Positions 20,452 through 29,185 of a stretch of 64,000 bases of DNA are shown piece by piece. The position numbers and the translations under genes are program-made. This DNA comes from a virus. The stretch lies in the IMG/VR virus record IMGVR_UViG_3300045995_000108, positions 1 through 64,000 of that record. One strand, given 5' to 3'. How positions within the stretch are numbered: position 1 is the first letter of the stretch; every line of letters starts with the position of its first letter. The notes beneath the pieces are model-generated. The model did not search any database. It had not been told where the DNA came from and worked only from the letters and a program-made list of their open reading frames with translations.

Positions 20452-21312
20452 ATGAAAATACAATTAGTCTCCGATCTTCACTTAGATATGTACGATATGT
20501 CGCTCCCGGGCGGCGATGTGCTGATTTTGGCTGGCGACATTTGTGAAGCCCGCGAGTATGGCAAGGGCAATTACAACAAAGACTGGGTAATGAAGCCAGG
20601 CGACAATCCTGGTAGACGGGAAGATCGCTACCTCCGCTTTATGCACGAGGAAGTCACAAAGTACAATAAAGTGTTCTACATTGCTGGTAATCACGAGCAT
20701 TGGGGCACAAAAATGTACAAAACCCACCAGTTTATGCGCGAAAATGCCCCAGCTAATACTACAGTGCTGGAAAACGAAATCTGCGTACACGAAGGCGTTT
20801 TATTTCTAGGTGCTACATACTGGACAGACTTTAACAAAGGTGATGGTCTGACAATGTACAATGCTGGCGCAGGTGCCAGTGCTAACAGCCAAATTGGAAT
20901 GAATGACTACAGGCACATCAAGCACCTGTCGCATGGAATTTACCGCAAGCTGCTTCCAAAAGACATTCTGGAAATCCATTACAAGTCGCGGCAATACTTT
21001 AACCATATTCTGAGCGAGAATCGTCAGAAAGAAAATCCTCTGCCTGTTGTAGTGATGACGCATCATGCACCTACTGCACTTAGTATTCCTGAGTGGTACA
21101 AAAACGATTACCTGATGAATGGTTGCTACTACAGCGACCAAAGTGATATGATACTTGACAACCCACAAATCAAATACTGGGTTCACGGACATACTCACCA
21201 ACCATTTAGGTACAATGTGGGCGACGATACTGAAGTTATCTGCAACCCACGGGGCTATTATGGGTACGAATCGTCTGCCAATAGTTATACCCCACTTGAG
21301 TTGGAGATCTAA
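20452..21312 (+). CDS. Calcineurin-like metallophosphoesterase
   Basis: SDLH, AGD, GNHE, THHAP, HGHTH, CNPRGY. Confidence 0.92.
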   Translation: MKIQLVSDLHLDMYDMSLPGGDVLILAGDICEAREYGKGNYNKDWVMKPGDNPGRREDRYLRFMHEEVTKYNKVFYIAGNHEHWGTKMYKTHQFMRENAPANTTVLENEICVHEGVLFLGATYWTDFNKGDGLTMYNAGAGASANSQIGMNDYRHIKHLSHGIYRKLLPKDILEIHYKSRQYFNHILSENRQKENPLPVVVMTHHAPTALSIPEWYKNDYLMNGCYYSDQSDMILDNPQIKYWVHGHTHQPFRYNVGDDTEVICNPRGYYGYESSANSYTPLELEI

Positions 21313-21806
21313 TGTCAAATAACAATACAGCCGGCACAGTTGGCCAAGCTGGTGCTCAAGCAATCTTGGATATGCTTAAGCAAACGCCGTTGCATAATCA
21401 AAACTGGAATGCAATCGCAGGTGTCGGTGCAGCGGGACCAATTGGATCAACTATCCCTGGCAGCATTGTTACTGGTGGGCTGACAACGGGGAGCGTTATT
21501 TCGTCAGGCGCTGCGTCAAGCGGCTACGCTGCGAGCTTCCAGATTGCACCGACGGGCACATTGACGGCATCGAACTACAATGCTGGGCTTGACCTTAGGG
21601 GTGACGCTGACATCTTGATTGCAGGAATGAGTCTCAAAGATTTTATGAAGCAGGTAACGCTACGTCTTAACTTGATGGTTCCTAACCCAGAGATTGAAAA
21701 GCAGTGGGATGAGTTGCGAACGTTGGGTGAAGCATATCGTGCAGTAGAGAAGGAATGCTTAGAGAAGGCCAAAGTTTGGGACATTCTCAAACGGGACAAC
21801 ATCTAA
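21312..21806 (+). CDS. Hypothetical phage protein
   Basis: Low-complexity N-terminus; helical C-terminus ending EKAKVWDIL. Confidence 0.7.
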   Translation: MSNNNTAGTVGQAGAQAILDMLKQTPLHNQNWNAIAGVGAAGPIGSTIPGSIVTGGLTTGSVISSGAASSGYAASFQIAPTGTLTASNYNAGLDLRGDADILIAGMSLKDFMKQVTLRLNLMVPNPEIEKQWDELRTLGEAYRAVEKECLEKAKVWDILKRDNI

Positions 21807-21991
21807 TGATTACTGTAACCCTCCCTGCAGATGTGCTGCTGGTAGCAGACGCTATTAAGTGGTGTGCTCTCAATATCCCAGACAAAGAAGGATGGGATAT
21901 GCAAGCAGACTTTAGTGCTAAGACGAAATACAGATTTGAGTTTGACGATGCGAGATATGCTACGTTATTTGCCTTGAAGTGGGTACATTAA
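21806..21991 (+). CDS. FxL[KR]W-array protein
   Basis: Ends FEFDDARYATLFALKWVH. Confidence 0.8.
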   Translation: MITVTLPADVLLVADAIKWCALNIPDKEGWDMQADFSAKTKYRFEFDDARYATLFALKWVH

Positions 21992-21998
21992 ATAATGA

Positions 21999-22286
21999 AT
22001 GCCCATACCATTACACCACATTAACCTATACAAACATGGAACAATTGCATACTATAATGGCAATCCATACTTCATTGATTACGTTACAATTCGTGGCCAT
22101 GAACTATTTGTTCGTCTCGAGGGCTTACGTGATACCGTTGCGCCTCACGACATTAGCGTGGAGGTAACAGTAATTGACTTCAACAGAGAAAACGGCGGAC
22201 CAAGGGCATGGGTTGACAGCAATGCGAGTCCTAATGAACCAGTACCCATTCAAAGTCCAGGCCTACCAGACGACTGGGTCTTCTAG
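21999..22286 (+). CDS. Hypothetical protein (non-member inside the array)
   Basis: ORF lacks the motif. Confidence 0.6.
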   Translation: MPIPLHHINLYKHGTIAYYNGNPYFIDYVTIRGHELFVRLEGLRDTVAPHDISVEVTVIDFNRENGGPRAWVDSNASPNEPVPIQSPGLPDDWVF

Positions 22287-22584
22287 CTGGGGCGATGCTG
22301 ATCTGATCAGCTTGCGGAAATACTGCATGGACGATGCAGCGTTTACAATGAAGGTAATGAAGAATCTTCAATACGGTCCCATTGCTACAGTGCCTAACAT
22401 TATTCAGGTTACTGGCCCGCACACAGTTGACGGCGAACCTTGGTATCAAATTGACCTTGACTATGAAGCTGCGCAATGGTTACGTGAGCTCGGTGATAAT
22501 CGAGTTATTGAGATAAAAGACATTGATCGCTGCTTCAACATCCCAGAAGATATTTACATCATGACTAAACTGAAGTGGGCTTAA
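22234..22584 (+). CDS. FxL[KR]W-array protein (variant); start uncertain
   Basis: Ends FNIPEDIYIMTKLKWA. Confidence 0.7.
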   Translation: MNQYPFKVQAYQTTGSSSWGDADLISLRKYCMDDAAFTMKVMKNLQYGPIATVPNIIQVTGPHTVDGEPWYQIDLDYEAAQWLRELGDNRVIEIKDIDRCFNIPEDIYIMTKLKWA

Positions 22585-22585
22585 T

Positions 22586-22957
22586 ATGGCACTGGAATCA
22601 TTTGATACACTGTACTGCAAGATAAAAGCCAATGGCGGATGGAAGCCTGGCAAGTTGATAACTTTTACTGGACGGCAATCAGGTAAGTCGACGTTCATGC
22701 AACAGTATATGACACAATGGGTCATGGAGCCTATACAGCCGTTTGCAAGAGTGCAGCTCGGCGCACCACTGCGCGATATGGTTGTGTGCGATGTGAACCA
22801 AGAGATTCAAGACTGGTTAATGGCAAACTTTGAGCCAGGTAAACTGTGGAAATACTTTACGACAAAAGACATTCACGGTGATTACCCTGGGCAGGGCAGG
22901 GATCGCGTTGCTATGCGTCAAGATGTTTATACTGCCCTTGTGTTGAGGTGGTCATGA
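22586..22957 (+). CDS. FxL[KR]W-array protein with N-terminal Walker A-like segment
   Basis: GGWKPGKLITFTGRQSGKST; ends YTALVLRWS. Confidence 0.8.
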   Translation: MALESFDTLYCKIKANGGWKPGKLITFTGRQSGKSTFMQQYMTQWVMEPIQPFARVQLGAPLRDMVVCDVNQEIQDWLMANFEPGKLWKYFTTKDIHGDYPGQGRDRVAMRQDVYTALVLRWS

Positions 22958-23145
22958 GTTACGAGTATTACGTTCAACGCAAGTCAGGTATTGACAGACT
23001 TGAAAGCGAAGAAGCTTGGTTAGAACGAATGGAAGATATGCGGCAGTGGTGCTATGACAGATTTGAAAAATGGGGCAGATCGCAAGAAATATTTTGGTTC
23101 CAGAAAGAAGAAGATTACGCAATGTTTATGCTGAGGTGGGCATGA
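22954..23145 (+). CDS. FxL[KR]W-array protein
   Basis: Ends FWFQKEEDYAMFMLRWA. Confidence 0.85.
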   Translation: MSYEYYVQRKSGIDRLESEEAWLERMEDMRQWCYDRFEKWGRSQEIFWFQKEEDYAMFMLRWA

Positions 23146-23330
23146 GCAAGTTTATTAAAGTCACAATAGACAAGGACAAGTTCTTTGAGGCTAAGAAGTG
23201 GGCTAAGAAAACATTTGGGAGAGCAAACCCAAATAAAGGACCGTGGAGCGACATGGTGTGGTATGCACATCATCACTTTTACTTCTCTGTCCCTGAACAC
23301 GCAACGATGTTTATGTTGAGGTGGATGTAA
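23142..23330 (+). CDS. FxL[KR]W-array protein
   Basis: Ends FYFSVPEHATMFMLRWM. Confidence 0.85.
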   Translation: MSKFIKVTIDKDKFFEAKKWAKKTFGRANPNKGPWSDMVWYAHHHFYFSVPEHATMFMLRWM

Positions 23331-23548
23331 TGGCAAAAGTATTGTTAACTGATGCAAAGTTTGAGTACAGGTATGCTCAACAGATTTTTAAAGAGCGTGA
23401 GTCGTGGGCACGGGAACATTGCCCGTCGTTTATGCAAATGGACATAGTTGATGTGAGTGACTATACTTACGAGTACGACCAAATTGCAACATACGAGTTT
23501 GGCGACGAGAAAGATGCGTTCTGGTTTACGACTGCGTGGCAATCATGA
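23330..23548 (+). CDS. FxL[KR]W-array protein (variant)
   Basis: Ends YEFGDEKDAFWFTTAWQS. Confidence 0.8.
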   Translation: MAKVLLTDAKFEYRYAQQIFKERESWAREHCPSFMQMDIVDVSDYTYEYDQIATYEFGDEKDAFWFTTAWQS

Positions 23549-23766
23549 TGCGAGTAAGACTTAAAGACAGGATGAAGATACACGCCGAGGGCGGAAACTC
23601 GCAAGCATATCTTGAAGAGGTGTATGCTTGGTTGGAAGAAGTGATACCTAACCCGCCCCTGCCAGAGGAACAGAATTTTACATTTGGTAACGGTGAATAT
23701 TTTGGACACATAGAGTTTAAAGACGATGACTACGCTACGTTGTTTGCGCTCAAATACGGGTACTGA
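23545..23766 (+). CDS. FxL[KR]W-array protein
   Basis: Ends IEFKDDDYATLFALKYGY. Confidence 0.85.
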   Translation: MMRVRLKDRMKIHAEGGNSQAYLEEVYAWLEEVIPNPPLPEEQNFTFGNGEYFGHIEFKDDDYATLFALKYGY

Positions 23767-23776
23767 GGAACAAGGA

Positions 23777-24031
23777 ATGATTAAGACAGTAATCAGGTTT
23801 ACGCCGGATATGTACGCTGACCAAAAGACACAACTTAAAGTTGATGTTGAAGCTTGGCTGGTTGAAATGTTTGGACCAGCAGTACCACGCAATAACAATA
23901 AGACACGCAGGCGCAAAAAGTGGTCGATAAAGACAAGCTACTGGGATACTAATAATCCGTCAGGAACAGTCGAAGTGTTCACTCGCTCTCCACAAGATGC
24001 GACGCTGGTGGCACTAAGGTGGGCAAAATGA
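23777..24031 (+). CDS. FxL[KR]W-array protein
   Basis: Ends SPQDATLVALRWAK. Confidence 0.85.
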   Translation: MIKTVIRFTPDMYADQKTQLKVDVEAWLVEMFGPAVPRNNNKTRRRKKWSIKTSYWDTNNPSGTVEVFTRSPQDATLVALRWAK

Positions 24032-24246
24032 CAGCATACGAATCAGCAGCACAGTTTACCCGTGTGTTTCCGTACTGTGTTTCCTTTCCTCGCACTGACG
24101 ATTGGTGGAACGGAGAGTGGCGAGATATAAGCAACTGGTGCTCCGAGACAATAGGTGGTGTTGTGACACATTGGGAATACATGGACAAGTGTTTTTGGTT
24201 TAAGAGGGAAGAGGACAAAACTCTGTTTTTACTAAAATGGAAATAA
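24028..24246 (+). CDS. FxL[KR]W-array protein
   Basis: Ends FWFKREEDKTLFLLKWK. Confidence 0.85.
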   Translation: MTAYESAAQFTRVFPYCVSFPRTDDWWNGEWRDISNWCSETIGGVVTHWEYMDKCFWFKREEDKTLFLLKWK

Positions 24247-24431
24247 GCGACATGATTGGCGTGGCAGTTGAGCGTTGGGATTACACCCACAGGGCGTGGG
24301 TGTGCACTTGGCTTACTGAAACATTTGGCGAACGTGGCAAGGAGACTTGGTTATTAGATCAAGACTACGATTTGCTTACGCTATGCATGACACCGGAGAT
24401 ATACACTCTGTATAAACTAAAATGGGAATAA
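24237..24431 (+). CDS. FxL[KR]W-array protein
   Basis: WLTETFG; ends EIYTLYKLKWE. Confidence 0.8.
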   Translation: MEISDMIGVAVERWDYTHRAWVCTWLTETFGERGKETWLLDQDYDLLTLCMTPEIYTLYKLKWE

Positions 24432-24622
24432 CTTTTGATCATCGGCCTGATCGCCAGTATCATTATGAGACAGTGATAAATTATAGGCCATTGCGACATA
24501 GTATGCTTGCTTGGTTGCTAGAAACATACGGGCCACCGGGTACTGAATGGGACGGCTACGGCTCTTGGATTAAAATTAGAAGCGAGGAAGATGCAACATT
24601 CTTCTTACTAAAATGGAGTTAA
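24422..24622 (+). CDS. FxL[KR]W-array protein
   Basis: WLLETYG; ends SEEDATFFLLKWS. Confidence 0.85.
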   Translation: MGITFDHRPDRQYHYETVINYRPLRHSMLAWLLETYGPPGTEWDGYGSWIKIRSEEDATFFLLKWS

Positions 24623-24858
24623 CAACAGTAAGTCCAGAGACGTTGGACAAAGTGTGGCAAAAGTGGCGAACGGAGCATAGTGCACCAAATGATGTGTGGG
24701 AGCGAAGCTATCAAAGAGTTACTCGGCGCTTTGGTGGCAAGCAGTTTGAAGAATGGTTGTTTACTGAAGGCGCAGTAGTGCAACAGATTAACGGCAAACG
24801 CCACTTACAGTTTATGGATGAAGAACAAGCATCTTACTTTTTATTGAGGTACGCATGA
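24613..24858 (+). CDS. FxL[KR]W-array protein
   Basis: Ends LQFMDEEQASYFLLRYA. Confidence 0.85.
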   Translation: MELTTVSPETLDKVWQKWRTEHSAPNDVWERSYQRVTRRFGGKQFEEWLFTEGAVVQQINGKRHLQFMDEEQASYFLLRYA

Positions 24859-25073
24859 TACCCAGACTACCATACTTGCAAAATGCAGTAAGTGGATATC
24901 ACAAACTACACCCAAGTAGTATTTGGTACCCAAATGCTTATAACTCGTATATCCAGTGGATGCAAGAACAAGGAGTCATTATGCCGATAAAGATGGAGGG
25001 CGATATAGATAGCGTCCGTATAGAATTTACTGATCCAGAATCAGAAACATTGTTTGTATTGAGGTGGGCATGA
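24855..25073 (+). CDS. FxL[KR]W-array protein
   Basis: Ends IEFTDPESETLFVLRWA. Confidence 0.85.
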   Translation: MIPRLPYLQNAVSGYHKLHPSSIWYPNAYNSYIQWMQEQGVIMPIKMEGDIDSVRIEFTDPESETLFVLRWA

Positions 25074-25291
25074 TGAATTGGAACTACTTTGTTAGGGACA
25101 CATGTGACTCCCCATTGGAGAACCCGTACTTTGAATGGGCACGAGAACAGTTTGGTAACATAGGCCCACGGTGGGATGCAAACTTCCAGGGATACTGGTT
25201 TATGAACAAGGAGGATGTCACTCTGTTCATGTTGCGTTGGTCAGGGCACCCACATTTAGGAGAGGTTGAAACAGATGAGTCACACAATTAA
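25070..25291 (+). CDS. FxL[KR]W-array protein
   Basis: WAREQFG; YWFMNKEDVTLFMLRWS. Confidence 0.85.
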   Translation: MMNWNYFVRDTCDSPLENPYFEWAREQFGNIGPRWDANFQGYWFMNKEDVTLFMLRWSGHPHLGEVETDESHN

Positions 25292-25502
25292 AGGCGATTG
25301 CAGTGCAAGCGAGCATGCCGCCCGATTTACGCGGGACAAATATAGTATTCCGTTTGATGAAACCATTGTCCCTAAGTTTGAGGCAGAGTTTAACTGCATA
25401 CTTGATTTTGGCAAGGACAAGCCAGATGCATATATGTATCCAGATTGGATTCAGTTTGAGACTGAGCAGGAAATGATGATGTTTCTGCTGCGATTTGCAT
25501 AG
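25275..25502 (+). CDS. FxL[KR]W-array protein
   Basis: Ends IQFETEQEMMMFLLRFA. Confidence 0.85.
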   Translation: MSHTIKGDCSASEHAARFTRDKYSIPFDETIVPKFEAEFNCILDFGKDKPDAYMYPDWIQFETEQEMMMFLLRFA

Positions 25503-25529
25503 TAAATAATCTTATTGTATAATGTTAAT

Positions 25530-25937
25530 ATGGTAAAACCTACACGCCCTTGGCCCAATCCGCATCGCAATGCTGCTGAACTAGCATTGTATTCGGCACA
25601 GATAAAAGTGATGAACGCTACGAAAAGCATAGCAGCTAAAGTGCTGTGGAAGTTTGGATCTGGACCAGAAGTAGTGGTTAAGTGGCCTGTTGGTTGGGTA
25701 TTGCTACATCAGAACGATGATGGTAGCGCAGTTAGCGCAGACTCAGCTGATCCAAACGATCACTATCGCCCATGGCTTGAAGCCAACGTAGGGAATCAGG
25801 GTTGGGACTGGGATTGGAAGATTAGTGGTATAGCTGCTGATAACGGTTTTGGAACAACAGGCGTTGATACAATATGTATCAAGCTGCGGAAGAAACAGGA
25901 ACATTTCGCAAGCGTAATTGCGTTAAAATGGGCATAG
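25530..25937 (+). CDS. FxL[KR]W-array protein (long)
   Basis: WLEANVG; ends FASVIALKWA. Confidence 0.8.
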   Translation: MVKPTRPWPNPHRNAAELALYSAQIKVMNATKSIAAKVLWKFGSGPEVVVKWPVGWVLLHQNDDGSAVSADSADPNDHYRPWLEANVGNQGWDWDWKISGIAADNGFGTTGVDTICIKLRKKQEHFASVIALKWA

Positions 25938-25997
25938 TACAAGAGTACAGTATTTTATCCTTAAATCAGTTATACATATTCATTTAAGGTGAACACA

Positions 25998-26408
25998 ATG
26001 AGATTAATGACAGCAGTTAAAGCGTTTTTTGATAAACGCGAGCAAGCTAAAAAAGCAGAGGCCAGAGCAGCATTGATATGGCCGCAAGCGTCACGAGTAG
26101 TGGATTTTTACAAAGGGTATCCGTATGTATTTGCTGTCCCTTGGCAGTGCTATGATAATGAATATTGGTCTCAGTTTTCTGATTCTTACGAAGGGATGGG
26201 AGAACTCATGGACTGGTGTCGCGAACACGATTTCAAAGAATTTCGCAGCGATGTACATAGAGTAAGTTTGTCAAATACGTACAATTCTCACAATGCGTCT
26301 GAATATATATTTGACGAGATGGGTGGCGGCGATGTAAAGTTCTTTGCTTTTACGTCATCTGAGGATTTTTGTTTCTTTGCACTACGCTGGGGTTACATTG
26401 CCAGTTAA
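25998..26408 (+). CDS. FxL[KR]W-array protein (long)
   Basis: WCREH; ends FAFTSSEDFCFFALRWGYIAS. Confidence 0.85.
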   Translation: MRLMTAVKAFFDKREQAKKAEARAALIWPQASRVVDFYKGYPYVFAVPWQCYDNEYWSQFSDSYEGMGELMDWCREHDFKEFRSDVHRVSLSNTYNSHNASEYIFDEMGGGDVKFFAFTSSEDFCFFALRWGYIAS

Positions 26409-26703
26409 CATAGGAAGCATTTCCTACTCTGAAGGCGGATTTGATGAGTTTCCTGCGGGTAGCGTTATGTCTAAAGTAGATTACATAGCATACCCTACTG
26501 GAAAAATACCAAGGCCGCCAAAAGGTTACCACTTTCAGATTCAATGCGTGGGTGCTGCCAATTGGGAGTTAGTTAGTCAAAGGCTTGCACAATGCAGATC
26601 AATGATGGAGTTTAATTTTAGATATAACGGTGGCAATAGCTACTTTGATGTTCATTTAACAGACGAGAAAGATATCACATGGTTGAGACTTGCCCTGGCA
26701 TAA
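26398..26703 (+). CDS. FxL[KR]W-array protein (variant), TTG start
   Basis: Ends LTDEKDITWLRLALA. Confidence 0.65.
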   Translation: MPVNIGSISYSEGGFDEFPAGSVMSKVDYIAYPTGKIPRPPKGYHFQIQCVGAANWELVSQRLAQCRSMMEFNFRYNGGNSYFDVHLTDEKDITWLRLALA

Positions 26704-26915
26704 AGCGCACAGTACACTTGAAAGAGTATCCTAAGTTTTGGGAACGGCTGCGTATTTCCGTATTGAAGTCCAGCTATCAAACAACCGCAGCAGGTGCAGA
26801 GCAAGTGATGAAAGAAGAGTTTGGTATTGACGTGGATATACGATCAGCAGACAAGTTAGGCACAGTAATGATGGATGAGGGAACCTATTCTTGGTTCATA
26901 CTACAATGGAGTTGA
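26679..26915 (+). CDS. FxL[KR]W-array protein
   Basis: Ends DEGTYSWFILQWS. Confidence 0.75.
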   Translation: MVETCPGIKRTVHLKEYPKFWERLRISVLKSSYQTTAAGAEQVMKEEFGIDVDIRSADKLGTVMMDEGTYSWFILQWS

Positions 26916-27142
26916 AAAAAGTAACACGCTCTAAGTTCAAGGTAACTATTGAGTGGCCTGAGTTTGATCGCGAAATGCTGTCATGGGCTGAGACTATTTT
27001 TGGCACAGGTGGTGGTCGCGGCACTTGGCGGTATGGGTGGGGTCACTGGATCAAAAGCCAAGACTCTACTCACCGCTTTTTCTTCCGGCGCGAGGAAGAT
27101 GCAACAATGTTTATGCTAAGGTGGGCAAACAATGGAAGATAA
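26906..27142 (+). CDS. FxL[KR]W-array protein
   Basis: WAETIFG; FFFRREEDATMFMLRWA. Confidence 0.85.
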   Translation: MELKKVTRSKFKVTIEWPEFDREMLSWAETIFGTGGGRGTWRYGWGHWIKSQDSTHRFFFRREEDATMFMLRWANNGR

Positions 27143-27536
27143 AGACGCAGATGCAGTGTCAGTAATAGGCAAGATTATCATGCCTGTGATGCGCAAACTC
27201 GCACCTGGATTGATAGCACAACAGATCGTAGGTGTGCAACCAATGACATCCGTGATTACTACCAACGGAGAGTTAGTGTTGGGCACTGCATTTCTTGGCG
27301 GCTCTAAGGAAGGTGAATGGTTTACTGTATCTATTTCTAAGCCCTTCTCCTTTTACTTTGGTAAGGTAGAGAAGAAAACAGACGAGTACAGGAACTGGTG
27401 CATTACAACGTTTGGCGAGTCTTACAATCACCTAACTGACCAATGCTTTTGGTTTGAGCGCGACGATAGGTTCTACTTCCGTAATGAGGCGGATAGAATG
27501 TTGTTCGTATTGAAATGGACACCCAATGGACAGTAA
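27132..27536 (+). CDS. FxL[KR]W-array protein fused to a major-capsid (gp23 Gol-like) peptide
   Basis: IIMPVMRKLAPGLIAQQIVGVQPMT; WCITTFG; FYFRNEADRMLFVLKW. Confidence 0.85.
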   Translation: MEDKDADAVSVIGKIIMPVMRKLAPGLIAQQIVGVQPMTSVITTNGELVLGTAFLGGSKEGEWFTVSISKPFSFYFGKVEKKTDEYRNWCITTFGESYNHLTDQCFWFERDDRFYFRNEADRMLFVLKWTPNGQ

Positions 27537-27816
27537 AGAAGCAATGTGGTTCCACGCGAACTACAACATACAAGAGTTTACAATACAAGATGACATTCGT
27601 TCCTTTGACGATGGACCAATGACCTACCAAATTCGCGGCGACAGAGGAACAGCAACAATAAAGCTGCCTACTCTTGCAGTGGAACGTCTTGTGCAAAATG
27701 CTAAGATTGGATTTGATGAACTTGAACGAGCAAGGGCAAGGGCAGATCATCCTAATGTGCAGGAAGCGTATGACGCATATATCACGCTACTTGCACTAAG
27801 TACAAAATATGACTAA
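27526..27816 (+). CDS. Hypothetical protein (non-member)
   Basis: Ends HPNVQEAYDAYITLLAL. Confidence 0.7.
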   Translation: MDSKEAMWFHANYNIQEFTIQDDIRSFDDGPMTYQIRGDRGTATIKLPTLAVERLVQNAKIGFDELERARARADHPNVQEAYDAYITLLALSTKYD

Positions 27817-28096
27817 CAAAGATGACGAAGAAATGGCCCGTGCGATGAGTGATTTCCTGGTCCCATGGGATTGGAACGATGTCATTTTGCACGAATACAA
27901 AGACGAGCACCTTGATTGGTGCCGTAGTAATGGATTGGTGTTTGGTAAGGACTTTTACATGCACATAGCAGAAGGTACTGAGCCCTCATACAACCCAAAG
28001 CAGAAATGGCCTTTCCCAGAATACAAAAAGATCCATCATTATCTGTTTAAAGACGCAGAAATGGCAACAGCATTTACACTAACATTTTTGACTTAA
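27809..28096 (+). CDS. FxL[KR]W-array protein (variant)
   Basis: WCRSNG; ends YLFKDAEMATAFTLTF. Confidence 0.8.
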   Translation: MTNKDDEEMARAMSDFLVPWDWNDVILHEYKDEHLDWCRSNGLVFGKDFYMHIAEGTEPSYNPKQKWPFPEYKKIHHYLFKDAEMATAFTLTFLT

Positions 28097-28121
28097 AAAC
28101 AATCTTATTGTACAATGCAAC

Positions 28122-28424
28122 ATGGAAATAATGTCGCGTGAAGAATTCAAGGATAGGTTTAGTGTTGACTTTAACGAAGTAATACGTGCAGACCATCCAC
28201 TTTGGATTCCTGAAAATGATTTTGCACCTAAGACTAAGTGCATAAAGTTTGTACTGACTACGAAGCTTAACTTTACGAGTGAAGCAAAGTATGAATATTG
28301 GGAATGGTGCAACAGTACGCTGAACGGCATCGTGCGTTGCTTTTCTTCTGGTGACGAAAATGAATGGTGGGGTTTTTCTGACCCTGATGACGTTGTTATT
28401 TGGACTCTTAAGTGGGCAAAATGA
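28122..28424 (+). CDS. FxL[KR]W-array protein
   Basis: Ends WGFSDPDDVVIWTLKWAK. Confidence 0.85.
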   Translation: MEIMSREEFKDRFSVDFNEVIRADHPLWIPENDFAPKTKCIKFVLTTKLNFTSEAKYEYWEWCNSTLNGIVRCFSSGDENEWWGFSDPDDVVIWTLKWAK

Positions 28425-28735
28425 AATACTTTTTACAGTGGTTAGTGAATGATATTAAGACGAGCTGGGCAGTAGATGCAGAGTCTCGTGCGAGAATGTG
28501 GGGTCATTTTTTAGACGTGGCTAAGTTTTTAGTTAGAATTTTTTCTGCGATAACGTTGATTGTCTCGGCAATATCAATTATTTTAATAACGGCAGAAGAT
28601 GGTCGCATTAACTGGGTCCGCGTTAGTGGTGTTATGATTGCATTACTGGTATTGAACGGTTCTATTTTCCTTGCTGGCAAGCTACGTAAATTTCGCAGCG
28701 AAAAAGATCAGCTAGTGCAAATGCTCAAAGAATAA
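28421..28735 (+). CDS. Two-TM membrane protein (non-member)
   Basis: Two hydrophobic stretches. Confidence 0.7.
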   Translation: MKYFLQWLVNDIKTSWAVDAESRARMWGHFLDVAKFLVRIFSAITLIVSAISIILITAEDGRINWVRVSGVMIALLVLNGSIFLAGKLRKFRSEKDQLVQMLKE

Positions 28736-28736
28736 A

Positions 28737-28982
28737 ATGAAAAAGCTGGTGTCACGTATCAAGGAACGTAAGGGCAACGACCACTATGTGGAAGTGCTGC
28801 TCTACGAACAAGCTACGCACCCAGACGAGTTTAACGATTACTACGACATAGACGAGGCTGATCTCATTGCTATTGCTGATTGGGTTACAGCGCACGAACT
28901 TGGTAAGCGTACATCACATAACCATTGGAAGCTAAACAGCAAAGAAGCTGTGACAATGTTTTTACTACGGTGGAACCAATGA
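28737..28982 (+). CDS. FxL[KR]W-array protein
   Basis: Ends SKEAVTMFLLRWNQ. Confidence 0.85.
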   Translation: MKKLVSRIKERKGNDHYVEVLLYEQATHPDEFNDYYDIDEADLIAIADWVTAHELGKRTSHNHWKLNSKEAVTMFLLRWNQ

Positions 28983-29185
28983 TAAAGCAAGCGTGGAAAA
29001 ACTATAAGCACATAGCAGAGGACTACAAAACCAAGGACGAGTTTGGAATATCATTTGATGGTGCTCGTTTTTGGAGCGACCTTCACGAACAGTTTGGTGC
29101 ACACGCTGACGGATTAGGTGGAATTTACTTTGACACAGAAGAAGGTGAACTGTGCTTCATCTTGAAGTACACAAAAGCAAAATGA
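28979..29185 (+). CDS. FxL[KR]W-array protein
   Basis: Ends IYFDTEEGELCFILKY. Confidence 0.8.
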   Translation: MIKQAWKNYKHIAEDYKTKDEFGISFDGARFWSDLHEQFGAHADGLGGIYFDTEEGELCFILKYTKAK

